64,000 bases of DNA from Halarcobacter sp. (GTDB lineage Bacteria > Campylobacterota > Campylobacteria > Campylobacterales > Arcobacteraceae): NCBI GenBank assembly GCA_963676565.1, contig OY781089.1, forward strand, positions 3,264,001 through 3,328,000, given 5' to 3'. This document shows positions 16,502 to 33,966 of the stretch, piece by piece. A program made the translations under genes and the position numbers. The notes beneath the pieces were generated by a model. That model saw nothing but the letters and a program-made list of their open reading frames with translations. It had not been told where the DNA came from and ran no database searches. The stretch's first letter is position 1; each line of letters starts with the position of its first letter.

Positions 16502-19102
16502 ATGAAAAAAGTTCTTATAACATTATTTTTTATTCTTTTTTTCTTTAAAGAATCCTATGCTTTAGAAAAAGTCACTCTTCAATTAAAATGGTTTCATCAA
16601 TTTCAATTTGCAGGATATTATGCCGCTAAAGAGAAAGGTTTTTATTCAGATGTGGGTCTAAATGTGGAAATCAAACAAAGAGACATAAACTTTAATAATA
16701 TTGAACAAGTAATAAATAATGAAGCTCAATATGGTGTAGCAGATTCAGTATTATTACTCTACAGAGCAAAAAAAGAACCTGTAATTATTGTTAGTCCTAT
16801 ATTTCAACATTCGCCAAGTATTTTATTTACTCTAAAAAGTAGTGGCATAAATTCACCATATAAACTAAACAACAAAGATGTTCTATTTTATGAAAATGAT
16901 ACTGATGGTTTTTCTATTTTAGCAATGTTAAATAAGCTTAATGTTAAAGCAAATTTAATAAGAAAAAGAGAAAAAAATGATTATACAAAAGTATTAAACA
17001 ATGAAGTAATATCTTCTGCAGGATATTTAAGTAATGAACCATTTTATTTAAAAGAAAGAAATATTGAATTTAATATCATAAATCCTATGAACTACGGTTT
17101 TGATTTATATGGAGATATGCTTTTTACAAATGAAAATGAGATTATCAATCATCCAAATAGAGTAAAAAAATTTAAAGAAGCAACTTTAAAAGGTTGGAAT
17201 TATGCCTTAGAAAATAAAGAAGAGATTATAAACTTAATTCATAAAAAATATAATAATGTAAAATCTATAAAACATCTAAGATATGAAGCAAATGTAATAG
17301 ATAAATTAATCTCTAAAGACACTGTGCCATTAGGTTCAATTGATGAAGGAAGGATTCAATATATTTCTAGTATTTATAAAGAATTTGGTTTAACAAAAAA
17401 AGATTTTAATATAAAAGATTTTATTTTTGAAAACTACAAAAAAGATGAAAATAAATTTTTAGATTTATCTGTAAAGGATAAAAAATCAAATGAAAATGAT
17501 AAACTTTATAATGAACTTACTCAAAAAGAAAAAGAGTTTTTAGAAAAACATTCTTTGATTAGATTTAAAGTGCCATCCAATAATCCACCTTTTTCTTTTC
17601 AAGAAAATGGCATTGCACAAGGTGTTGCTGTAGATTATGTTAGAGAAAGTGCTAAAAATGTAGGACTAGATGTTGAATTTATTATTAATGATGACCCTGT
17701 CTTTGAATCTTATGATCATATAAATACTACTAGAAAAAAGTATGATTCTGTTTTATATGCAGTTGAAAGTTCTGATAGAAAAAGAAAATTATCATTTGGT
17801 ATACCATATTTATCTTATCCTTTAATGATTGTAAGTAATAGTAATAATCCATTTATTTCATCATTAAAGGATTTAAAAAATAAAACAATTGTATTAGAAA
17901 AAAGATATTTAACTAATAATTGGATAAAAAAAGACTATCCTGATATTAAAATAATAAATGTAGAAAATACATTAGAAGCTCTGAAAATGTTAAATAAAAA
18001 TAAAGTAGATGCTTATGTAGGGAATGGTTTATTAACTAGCCATTTAAGTGCTATACATGAACTAAAAAATGTAAAAATAGTAGCACCTTCAGGATATGGA
18101 AATGTAAAGTTTAGTTTTACATCACCTAAACAATGGCCTGAATTAAGTTCTTTATTAAGTAAGGGGTATTCAAAAATATCTCAACTTGAACATAATAATA
18201 TTCGTCAAAAATGGTTATCTCTAAGAACTATTGAAAAAGTTAATTATACAATTATTTGGAATATTATATTAGTATCAATTTTGATATTAATAATATTCTT
18301 TTGGTGGAACAGAAAAATACATCAAGAGAAAAACAAAACGAAAAAAGTCTTAGAAGAGTTAAAAAAATCTCAAAAAAAATTGATACAACAACATGAATTA
18401 ATCCTAGTGCAGTCTAAAAATGTTGCAATTGGTGAAATGATAGGAAACATTGCTCATCAATGGAGACAACCATTATCCATAATATCAACTTCGGCAACAG
18501 GTCTTTTATTAGAAAAAGAGTCAGGTTTATTAACTGACAAAAGACTAATTCAGTCATTAAATAATATTCATGAACATACAAAATACTTATCTAAAACTAT
18601 AGATACTTTTAGAAACTATCTAAATACAAAAAAAGAGTATTGTGAAGTTATTTTACAAGATAGTATAAAAGAATCTTTAAATATTTTAGATGCTTCATTT
18701 AAAAACAATTTTATAACAATAAAAACAAACGTAGATGATATAGAACCTATTAAAATAAAACTGGTAAAGGGTGAGTTTTCTGAAGTATTGATTAATATAT
18801 TAAATAATGCAAAAGATGTCTTATTATCAGAAGAGATAAATTCACCTTGGATAGAGCTTTTAGTTCAAAAAGAACTTGATAAAATTATAGTTACAATTGA
18901 AGATAATGGGGGAGGTATTGATCCTAAAATAATTCATAGAATTTTTGAACCATATTTTACTACAAAGCATAAATCACAAGGTACAGGATTAGGACTTCAT
19001 ATGAGTTATAAAATTGTAACTGAAAGTTTAAAAGGCTCAATATATGTAAAAAATACAAATAATGGAGCCAAGTTTTTTATAGAAGTCCCTACAAGTTTTT
19101 AG
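16502..19102 (+). CDS. Sensor histidine kinase with NMT1/THI5-like and amino-acid SBP periplasmic domains
   Basis: LKWFHQFQFAGYYAA; H-box IAHQWRQPL; N, G1 (DNGGG), F and G2 (GTGLGL) boxes. Confidence 0.9.
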   Translation: MKKVLITLFFILFFFKESYALEKVTLQLKWFHQFQFAGYYAAKEKGFYSDVGLNVEIKQRDINFNNIEQVINNEAQYGVADSVLLLYRAKKEPVIIVSPIFQHSPSILFTLKSSGINSPYKLNNKDVLFYENDTDGFSILAMLNKLNVKANLIRKREKNDYTKVLNNEVISSAGYLSNEPFYLKERNIEFNIINPMNYGFDLYGDMLFTNENEIINHPNRVKKFKEATLKGWNYALENKEEIINLIHKKYNNVKSIKHLRYEANVIDKLISKDTVPLGSIDEGRIQYISSIYKEFGLTKKDFNIKDFIFENYKKDENKFLDLSVKDKKSNENDKLYNELTQKEKEFLEKHSLIRFKVPSNNPPFSFQENGIAQGVAVDYVRESAKNVGLDVEFIINDDPVFESYDHINTTRKKYDSVLYAVESSDRKRKLSFGIPYLSYPLMIVSNSNNPFISSLKDLKNKTIVLEKRYLTNNWIKKDYPDIKIINVENTLEALKMLNKNKVDAYVGNGLLTSHLSAIHELKNVKIVAPSGYGNVKFSFTSPKQWPELSSLLSKGYSKISQLEHNNIRQKWLSLRTIEKVNYTIIWNIILVSILILIIFFWWNRKIHQEKNKTKKVLEELKKSQKKLIQQHELILVQSKNVAIGEMIGNIAHQWRQPLSIISTSATGLLLEKESGLLTDKRLIQSLNNIHEHTKYLSKTIDTFRNYLNTKKEYCEVILQDSIKESLNILDASFKNNFITIKTNVDDIEPIKIKLVKGEFSEVLINILNNAKDVLLSEEINSPWIELLVQKELDKIIVTIEDNGGGIDPKIIHRIFEPYFTTKHKSQGTGLGLHMSYKIVTESLKGSIYVKNTNNGAKFFIEVPTSF

Positions 19103-19131
19103 TTTGATTAAAATTTATTAGTTGATTCTTC

Positions 19132-20304
19132 TTATGATTTAATTCTAATCAATGTTTTTGCATATCTTATGCTCCAGATAATAAACATAAATATCCACAG
19201 CCATGAACTAAGATGTAAAAATCCCATATAAAAAGAAGATTCATTTAAAAATAAGACAGAAGCTAGAACTCTTGTAACAACAACTACCTGAGTTAATCCA
19301 AACACAAATTTTGTAATTTTATCAGCAACTATTTTTTGAGCAGGAACTGCATGTCCCATCACCACCCTACTTCCAAAGCCTATAAGCAATGTTGCTACGA
19401 ATCCTAAAGCAAAAATATGAAGTGCTAGTTTTAAAGAATAAATTTCAAATATAGATTCAATAAATAATGCAACAAAACCAATAATAAGCCAAATAAATGA
19501 TATAACCAATATAAAAATAATAGCAGGCGATTTTTTATAAATATTTAGATTCATCACAATATATGTAAAAAACAATGTAGATATAAAAGATGTGATTTTT
19601 AACAGAAATAAAAATTCAAACTCTAAAGAGATACCTAATGCCAAAAATAGCCCTACAGAAATCTCCCTTATATATTTTGGCTTATCCCAAGAGATTGTTT
19701 GCATATATGAACTATAAAAGGCTGGTATCATTCTTTGTGCAACTAAAAATACCAAACTAACTAGATATGCAAAAAATATTAATAAAGATAGGTTCTTTTG
19801 AAAAAGAACTTCTAAAATTAAAAAAATAGCTCCAAATAAAAAAACTAGATTTAAATATATACTATCCTTTTTAAATGAAACATGACCTTGTTTTATAGTA
19901 TAATAGAATACTTTCACAAAATAAAACATTGTAAAAGATACTAAAATCTTACCTATATTTGTAAAACCTAATAAAGATAAAATAATTCCTATTTGAAAGA
20001 CAAACCATGTATTTAAATAAATCTTCTTATCAATCTCTTTAGAGCCATTAAATTTTGGCATTACTGTTATTAAAAAACCTAAAAAAGCATTTGTAAATAC
20101 TGCATAGTTTAATCCAAAGCCATGTATTAATGAAAAATCTAAAGAGACTTTTCCTAAAAATGAAATAAATGTTAAAAGCATAATAACTAATGCGAAAAAT
20201 ATTGAACTAATAAAATATAATTGATGGGATTGAGAAGTAAATCTATCCCACCATTTCTCTTCTATTTTTGGTGTAAAACCATTGGGGTTTGCTGAAAATT
20301 GCAT
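19132..20304 (-). CDS. nnrS: NnrS family NO-response membrane protein
   Basis: IHGFG, FLGFLIT, RMIPAF, ALHIFALG, SRVVMGH motifs. Confidence 0.8.
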   Translation of the reverse strand: MQFSANPNGFTPKIEEKWWDRFTSQSHQLYFISSIFFALVIMLLTFISFLGKVSLDFSLIHGFGLNYAVFTNAFLGFLITVMPKFNGSKEIDKKIYLNTWFVFQIGIILSLLGFTNIGKILVSFTMFYFVKVFYYTIKQGHVSFKKDSIYLNLVFLFGAIFLILEVLFQKNLSLLIFFAYLVSLVFLVAQRMIPAFYSSYMQTISWDKPKYIREISVGLFLALGISLEFEFLFLLKITSFISTLFFTYIVMNLNIYKKSPAIIFILVISFIWLIIGFVALFIESIFEIYSLKLALHIFALGFVATLLIGFGSRVVMGHAVPAQKIVADKITKFVFGLTQVVVVTRVLASVLFLNESSFYMGFLHLSSWLWIFMFIIWSIRYAKTLIRIKS

Positions 20305-20336
20305 TTTAAATTCCTTAAATGAAAAACATTGATAGG

Positions 20337-20378
20337 ATAATAACAGTATTGATAATGTTTATCATTGATATAAATCAA
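20337..20378 (-). promoter_or_regulatory. nnrS promoter: Nss box 20365-20378, Fur-like box 20350-20364, extended -10 20337-20345
   Basis: TTGAT-ATAA-ATCAA; TGATAAT-G-TTTATCA; TGtTATTAT. Confidence 0.75.
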
Positions 20379-20396
20379 GATGATTTAGATAAGGCT

Positions 20397-20438
20397 TTGA
20401 TTACAATCAATAGTTTTTTTAGATTTTTATATTATGAT
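20397..20438 (+). promoter_or_regulatory. Nss box (20397-20410) with -10 TATGAT (20433-20438)
   Basis: TTGAT-TACA-ATCAA; 22-bp gap. Confidence 0.78.
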
Positions 20439-20461
20439 ATTAAAAATACATTAGGATAGTT

Positions 20462-20644
20462 ATGTTTTTTAATTTATTTAAGAAAAAAGAATGGAAGAAT
20501 GAAAAAAAACCAATTTATGTTTGTAAACATTGTAAACTAACATGTAAATCATGTGATTCTATTTATTGTTTTACATGTTATGTAAATAATGCAAACCCAT
20601 GTCCTAGATGTGGAAAAAGGAACATTGACTACAAAGCCAATTGA
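20462..20644 (+). CDS. 60-aa cysteine-rich (4x CxxC) metal-binding miniprotein
   Basis: CKHC-x3-CKSC-x4-CFTC-x7-CPRC; SD AGGA; own promoter. Confidence 0.75.
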   Translation: MFFNLFKKKEWKNEKKPIYVCKHCKLTCKSCDSIYCFTCYVNNANPCPRCGKRNIDYKAN

Positions 20645-20666
20645 CCTTTTTTATTTAGCTTTTATT

Positions 20667-21446
20667 TTATTTATTTGTAAAAGTAGCTTTTCTTTTTTCA
20701 ATAAAAGCATTCATTCCTTCAGTTTTATCTTCTAAAGAAAAAGTTGAATAAAAAGACTTTCTTTCATTTTTAAGTCCCACTTCTAAGCTAGATTCATAAG
20801 CATTATCTATTGATTCTTTTATTAGTTTTACAACTGGTTGACTCATTGATGCAATCTTTGAAGCAATTTCAATTGCATCATCTATTACTTCTCCTTTAGT
20901 ACTAACTTTTGCAACAACTCCATAATCTTTTGCTTCATTTGCATCTATTGTTTCTCCTGTTAAGCACATAAGCATAGCTTTTGATTTTCCTACAGCTCTT
21001 GTTAATCTTTGAGTTCCACCAATTCCTGGCATAGTCCCTATTGTGATTTCAGGTTGTCCAAACTTTGCACTTGTATCACAAATGGTAATATCACATAAAA
21101 GAGCCAATTCACAACCTCCACCAAGGGCAACTCCAGAGACTGCTGCAATGATTGGTTTTTTATGATTTTCTAGATTATTCCACTCTTTAGTTATGAAATC
21201 ATTGTTATATGCAGTTGCAAAATCTAAAGTTGATAACTCTTTTATATCTGCTCCAGCTGCAAATACATTTTCTCCACCTGTTAAAACAATTGCACCTATG
21301 CTTTTATCTTCTTCAAATTTTTTAATTGCATCTGAAACTTCATTTATCAATGCAGATGATAATGCATTATAAGCTTTAGGTCTATTTAGGGTAATTAAGC
21401 CAACAGTGTTATTCCTCTTTTCAACTATAATGTATTTATATTCCAT
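20667..21446 (-). CDS. Enoyl-CoA hydratase, probable acryloyl-CoA hydratase (AcuK/AcuH-like)
   Basis: FAAGADIKE, GGGCELA and FGQPE with both catalytic Glu; directly downstream of dddY. Confidence 0.85.
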   Translation of the reverse strand: MEYKYIIVEKRNNTVGLITLNRPKAYNALSSALINEVSDAIKKFEEDKSIGAIVLTGGENVFAAGADIKELSTLDFATAYNNDFITKEWNNLENHKKPIIAAVSGVALGGGCELALLCDITICDTSAKFGQPEITIGTMPGIGGTQRLTRAVGKSKAMLMCLTGETIDANEAKDYGVVAKVSTKGEVIDDAIEIASKIASMSQPVVKLIKESIDNAYESSLEVGLKNERKSFYSTFSLEDKTEGMNAFIEKRKATFTNK

Positions 21447-21469
21447 CTCTTTGCCCCTTAAGTTTTTTA

Positions 21470-21506
21470 ATTAGTATGAATTAATAGATTATTAATCCAT
21501 ACTAAT
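21470..21506 (-). other. Intercistronic hairpin between dddY and the hydratase gene
   Basis: 17-bp inverted repeat whose single mismatch is a G-U pair on the minus-strand RNA. Confidence 0.6.
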
Positions 21507-21529
21507 ATATTAAATTATAACTTAATCTA

Positions 21530-22810
21530 TTACCATTTAGTATGAGTTAAATCACACTGTATCATTTCACCTCTATGTGCTGGAGTTCCAGGTTTTTCAG
21601 CAGATTCACATAATAAAGTTGTGCCATAATCATTTCTTTTATCATGTGCATTACTTCTTGCCCATACTGAAACTATTGCTCTTTCTTCTGGTTTTGCTTC
21701 ACAATCACCATCTACTTCAAAAGCATGAATAGTATTTTGATGGAAATACATTAATGGGTCTTTATCATAGCTTCCTTCTGCCCACATCTCATGTTCGTGC
21801 TCTTGTCCTGCATCAAATTGAACTCTTCTCATTTTATCATCAACTTTTACAGTTTTTAATAGCTTTGAATCCTCTTTTATTGCAAAACTTTTAAACTGTT
21901 TTGTACAAGCTGGAACTCTCATATTATAATAGATTTCAGAGATTGCATGATTATGATAAGGGTATAGTGTGTCTACTGATTGTACAGTCATACCAACCTC
22001 TGCACCCACTTTTTGTCCATTTATTTCGTCTATTCTTAAAAGACCCCAATGTCCAAAAATTTCTGCATATGCATATCCTCCACGAATATTAAAAAAGTTT
22101 TTGTCATTTCTTTTGCTCTCTTCAGCATACATTGGGAACCAACCTGCTGCTGCCCATAGGTTTGGTAATGCATTTGCACTTATATCATAAGGAAAAGCTG
22201 AAGGCATTTTAACTTCATCTCCTGTTACCATTTTATGAAAGTTTTGAGTAAAACTTTTTCCTAATTTTTGTACCTCTTTATTTGTAACTTTTTCTTTGAA
22301 AAACTCTTTAAATGTCGTACGATTAAGCCATTTTGCCACAGGTGAAGATTTTTCCATCTCTTTACTTGGACTATATATCCAATTAACATCTTCTCTTGCA
22401 CTAAAGCATGCTTTTGCTTTATCTGGATTGTTTACTACTTGATAGATGTTTTTTACCATTAGTTTCATATCTCTTCTATCCATAATACACATTTTTCTGT
22501 TTCCATTAGTTGTGTCAATTACAGCTTCATCTGAATTTAAACATTCACTATTTTCAGGTGTTGTTAACGCTATGGCATAGGCATTTAAATATTGAAGTGT
22601 TTCATCCCATAAAATATCTATGTATTTCTGTTCTTCTTTAGAATAATCATTTTTTGTAGGTAAACATTTAAACTCTGCATTAATGATGTCATTTTTATCC
22701 AAAAAATTTGGAAGTTCACTTGCTTGTGAATTAACCATCAATGATAAGCCCAATATCAAAGATGATACACCTTTTACATAAATTTTTTTTAACTTTTCTT
22801 CTTTTCTCAT
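21530..22810 (-). CDS. dddY: Periplasmic DMSP lyase DddY (cupin)
   Basis: Signal peptide, Cys-containing N-terminal cap, YPYHNHAISEIYY (HxHxxxExY) and HQNTIHAF cupin motifs; about 400 aa mature. Confidence 0.85.
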   Translation of the reverse strand: MRKEEKLKKIYVKGVSSLILGLSLMVNSQASELPNFLDKNDIINAEFKCLPTKNDYSKEEQKYIDILWDETLQYLNAYAIALTTPENSECLNSDEAVIDTTNGNRKMCIMDRRDMKLMVKNIYQVVNNPDKAKACFSAREDVNWIYSPSKEMEKSSPVAKWLNRTTFKEFFKEKVTNKEVQKLGKSFTQNFHKMVTGDEVKMPSAFPYDISANALPNLWAAAGWFPMYAEESKRNDKNFFNIRGGYAYAEIFGHWGLLRIDEINGQKVGAEVGMTVQSVDTLYPYHNHAISEIYYNMRVPACTKQFKSFAIKEDSKLLKTVKVDDKMRRVQFDAGQEHEHEMWAEGSYDKDPLMYFHQNTIHAFEVDGDCEAKPEERAIVSVWARSNAHDKRNDYGTTLLCESAEKPGTPAHRGEMIQCDLTHTKW

Positions 22811-22838
22811 AATTTCCCCTTAAAGTTTTATCAAGAAA

Positions 22839-22895
22839 AGTCTAACTCATTTAAATTAGAAAAGCAAGTACTTACTAAAAAGATAGGTACTATCT
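22839..22895 (-). promoter_or_regulatory. dddY promoter TTGCTT-17-TAGACT with upstream overlapping palindromes
   Basis: -10 at 22839-22844, -35 at 22862-22867; inverted repeats at 22867-22890 and 22879-22895. Confidence 0.5.
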
Positions 22896-23224
22896 TAAAA
22901 GATACTTTTGAATAAGATTTGTATTAGTATTTCCTATAAAAAGGGGGAATTTACTATATTATATTTAGTTTAAATTTTTTTAAATAAATAGATATTATTA
23001 AGACTAATATTAATGAAAACAATAAATTAAAGTTTAAAATGTTTAATTTTTATTAGAAAAAAATTAATTAAATGAAACTTATTGTAGAAGTCATTAATAA
23101 TAAATATATATAACTATTATTTAGTTCTATTTAAAAGAAGATAATATAAAGCCTTGTATTTAAAAACTCTATGATTAAGTAATAATACAATTTTATTTTT
23201 CTTAATATAAAAGAAAGAGAGATT

Positions 23225-23248
23225 AAATAAGCCTATAAAGGCTTATTT
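23225..23248 (-). terminator. Intrinsic terminator after yciI-like gene
   Basis: AAATAAGCCT-ATAA-AGGCTTATTT. Confidence 0.7.
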
Positions 23249-23251
23249 TAT

Positions 23252-23542
23252 TTATTGGTTTTTTGGAAGTAACTTTACTGGAACGATTTGGAAATCTTCC
23301 ATATTCCAAACGCCATTAGTTACATATGGTTCATTTTCTAACCACTCATTGATTTCATCGTCATTTTCAAAATCCACAAAAAGTGTAGAACCAACCATTT
23401 TATCTTCTTCTATAAGAGCCCCTGCTTCTATAATCTTACCTTCAGACATAAGTTTTTTTGCTCCTTCTACGTGAGCATCTCTAACTTCAAGTCTTTTCTC
23501 TAAAGCACCATCATTGTCATACGCGATTACTAAATATTGCAT
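23252..23542 (-). CDS. YciI family protein
   Basis: RLEVRDAH, AGAL..GS, EPYVTNGVW motifs; likely start ATG 23542 after AGGAG. Confidence 0.8.
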   Translation of the reverse strand: MQYLVIAYDNDGALEKRLEVRDAHVEGAKKLMSEGKIIEAGALIEEDKMVGSTLFVDFENDDEINEWLENEPYVTNGVWNMEDFQIVPVKLLPKNQ

Positions 23543-23635
23543 TGGCAACTCCTATATAATTTGTTGAAGGAAGTATAACATAGTAACTTAAAAAGAAAAG
23601 GATAGATGAGATTTTTTTAAAGAAAATATTAAAAC

Positions 23636-24019
23636 TTAGAAATAACTAACTGCAAAAAGAAAGGTGATTGGATATATTAAAGCGTTCATATATCTAAATA
23701 AAAAGTTCATTTGTATATTTGGCATAATATCTTGTAAATCAATACCTTGAGACATTTTAGTTAAAAGATTTAATTTAAATGCAATATCTAAAAATTTCAA
23801 TCCAACTATACTTAACATCAAAAAACCATTATTTTGTAAAAAAATTACTAAAAAAATAGAATAGATAAAACTTGGATTTAATAAGAAAAAGTAGATTATT
23901 CCCTTTTGATAAATAGAATAATTGTTATATAAAACTCCGTGAAGAGTATCAGATTTTTGCCAATTTGACTCAAAAAGTTCTAAGGCTATAAAGATTAAAA
24001 ATAAAGATAAAAAATCCAT
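23636..24019 (-). CDS. Hypothetical membrane protein
   Basis: Four hydrophobic segments; follows rpoC. Confidence 0.65.
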   Translation of the reverse strand: MDFLSLFLIFIALELFESNWQKSDTLHGVLYNNYSIYQKGIIYFFLLNPSFIYSIFLVIFLQNNGFLMLSIVGLKFLDIAFKLNLLTKMSQGIDLQDIMPNIQMNFLFRYMNALIYPITFLFAVSYF

Positions 24020-24024
24020 AGTTT

Positions 24025-24048
24025 AACATTAGGGTTACCCCTAATGTT
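24025..24048 (-). terminator. Hairpin after rpoC
   Basis: AACATTAGGG/CCCTAATGTT inverted repeat. Confidence 0.55.
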
Positions 24049-32794
<8,746 letters not shown>

Positions 32795-32844
32795 TTAAAA
32801 TTCGTCCTAAAATTCTAACCTTAGCCCTCAAAGATGCTAGTCTT

Positions 32845-32871
32845 TATACAAGGCAAAAAATGCCTTGTATA
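32845..32871 (-). terminator. rplL-rpoB intergenic hairpin/attenuator
   Basis: TATACAAGGCA-AAAAA-TGCCTTGTATA. Confidence 0.55.
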
Positions 32872-32893
32872 CGAATAAAATTTGCAGTAGAAA

Positions 32894-33265
32894 TTATGCT
32901 AATTCTACAGTTGCTCCTGCACCTTCTAATGCAGCTTTAGCAGCTTCAGCGTCTTCTTTAGAAACACCTTCTTTTACTTTTGCTCCAGCTTCTTCAGCCA
33001 TAGCTTTTGCTTCTTTTAATCCAAGACCAGTTAATGCTCTGATCTCTTTAATTACGTTGATTTTCTTAGCTCCAGCATCTTTTAAGATTACATCGAACTC
33101 AGTTTTTTCTTCAGCAGCTTCAGCAGCAACTGCAGCTCCACCAGCAACTGCAACAGGTTGTGCAGATACACCAAATTTTTCTTCAAATTCTTTAACTAAT
33201 TCTGATAATTCTAATACAGATAAACCAGAGATATATTCTAAAACGTCTTCTTTAGAAATTGCCAT
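32894..33265 (-). CDS. rplL: 50S ribosomal protein L7/L12
   Basis: [18 protein letters not shown]. Confidence 0.98.
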   Translation of the reverse strand: MAISKEDVLEYISGLSVLELSELVKEFEEKFGVSAQPVAVAGGAAVAAEAAEEKTEFDVILKDAGAKKINVIKEIRALTGLGLKEAKAMAEEAGAKVKEGVSKEDAEAAKAALEGAGATVELA

Positions 33266-33321
33266 TTCTTTTCCTTATTATTTTTTTATTTTTAATTATA
33301 TTTTATATAACGCTTAAGTAA

Positions 33322-33810
33322 TTAAGCAGCCTCTTCTTCTTTTTTAATTCTAAGAGCATCAAGCCCAATTGTAAAGTTTCTAACTGGTCCCATCCATACA
33401 GATGCAAGCATTCCAAGAAGCTCTTCTCTAGATGGTAATTTAGCAAATGCCATAACTGTATTAAGATCAGCGATTTCACCTTCGATGATACCTGATTTAA
33501 TTTCAAATTTATCTTTGTTAGCAGATGCAAATTTATCAGCAACTTTACAAGCAGAGATTTGATCTTCAGACCATAAGAAAATGTTATTTCCAGTTAATTC
33601 AACGTCACCTAATTCAGCGTTTTTAACAGCAACAGTAACTAATGAATTTTTAGCAACTTGTACTTTAACACCATTATCTTTAGCATCTTTTCTTAAACTT
33701 TCAAGTTCTTTGTGTGAAACACCATTATATCCACATACTACTACAGCTTGTGAACCTTTGAACTCAGCAGATAAGAAATCAATTACTTCAGCTTTTTGTT
33801 GTTTAGTCAT
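33322..33810 (-). CDS. rplJ: 50S ribosomal protein L10
   Basis: VAKNSL, LPSREELL; start ATG 33810 after AGGAG. Confidence 0.97.
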   Translation of the reverse strand: MTKQQKAEVIDFLSAEFKGSQAVVVCGYNGVSHKELESLRKDAKDNGVKVQVAKNSLVTVAVKNAELGDVELTGNNIFLWSEDQISACKVADKFASANKDKFEIKSGIIEGEIADLNTVMAFAKLPSREELLGMLASVWMGPVRNFTIGLDALRIKKEEEAA

Positions 33811-33835
33811 TTTATATTCTCCTTTCAAAACATCC

Positions 33836-33890
33836 AACTTCGGCAGGTTTTACAAGAATCAGGAGTAGATTCTAACCCACTATCTTCAGT
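33836..33890 (-). promoter_or_regulatory. L10 leader autoregulatory RNA
   Basis: AAGATAGTGGG...AAAACCTGCCGAAG upstream of rplJ. Confidence 0.65.
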
Positions 33891-33922
33891 TTTTAGTGTA
33901 GTGCTTTGATTAACACTCAAAC

Positions 33923-33944
33923 GTGGGGATAAAACTATCCCCAC
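33923..33944 (-). terminator. Hairpin after rplA
   Basis: GTGGGGATA-AAAC-TATCCCCAC. Confidence 0.55.
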
Positions 33945-33966
33945 TATTGAATGTTATAAATAAATA

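Noticed and set aside
20462..20644. Ferredoxin or c-type cytochrome assignment for the Cys-rich miniprotein
   Set aside because: No CxxCxxCxxxC spacing, no CxxCH and no signal peptide.
22911..23224. Hidden gene or mobile element in the AT-rich gap upstream of dddY
   Set aside because: No convincing ORF, terminal inverted repeats or target duplication visible by eye.
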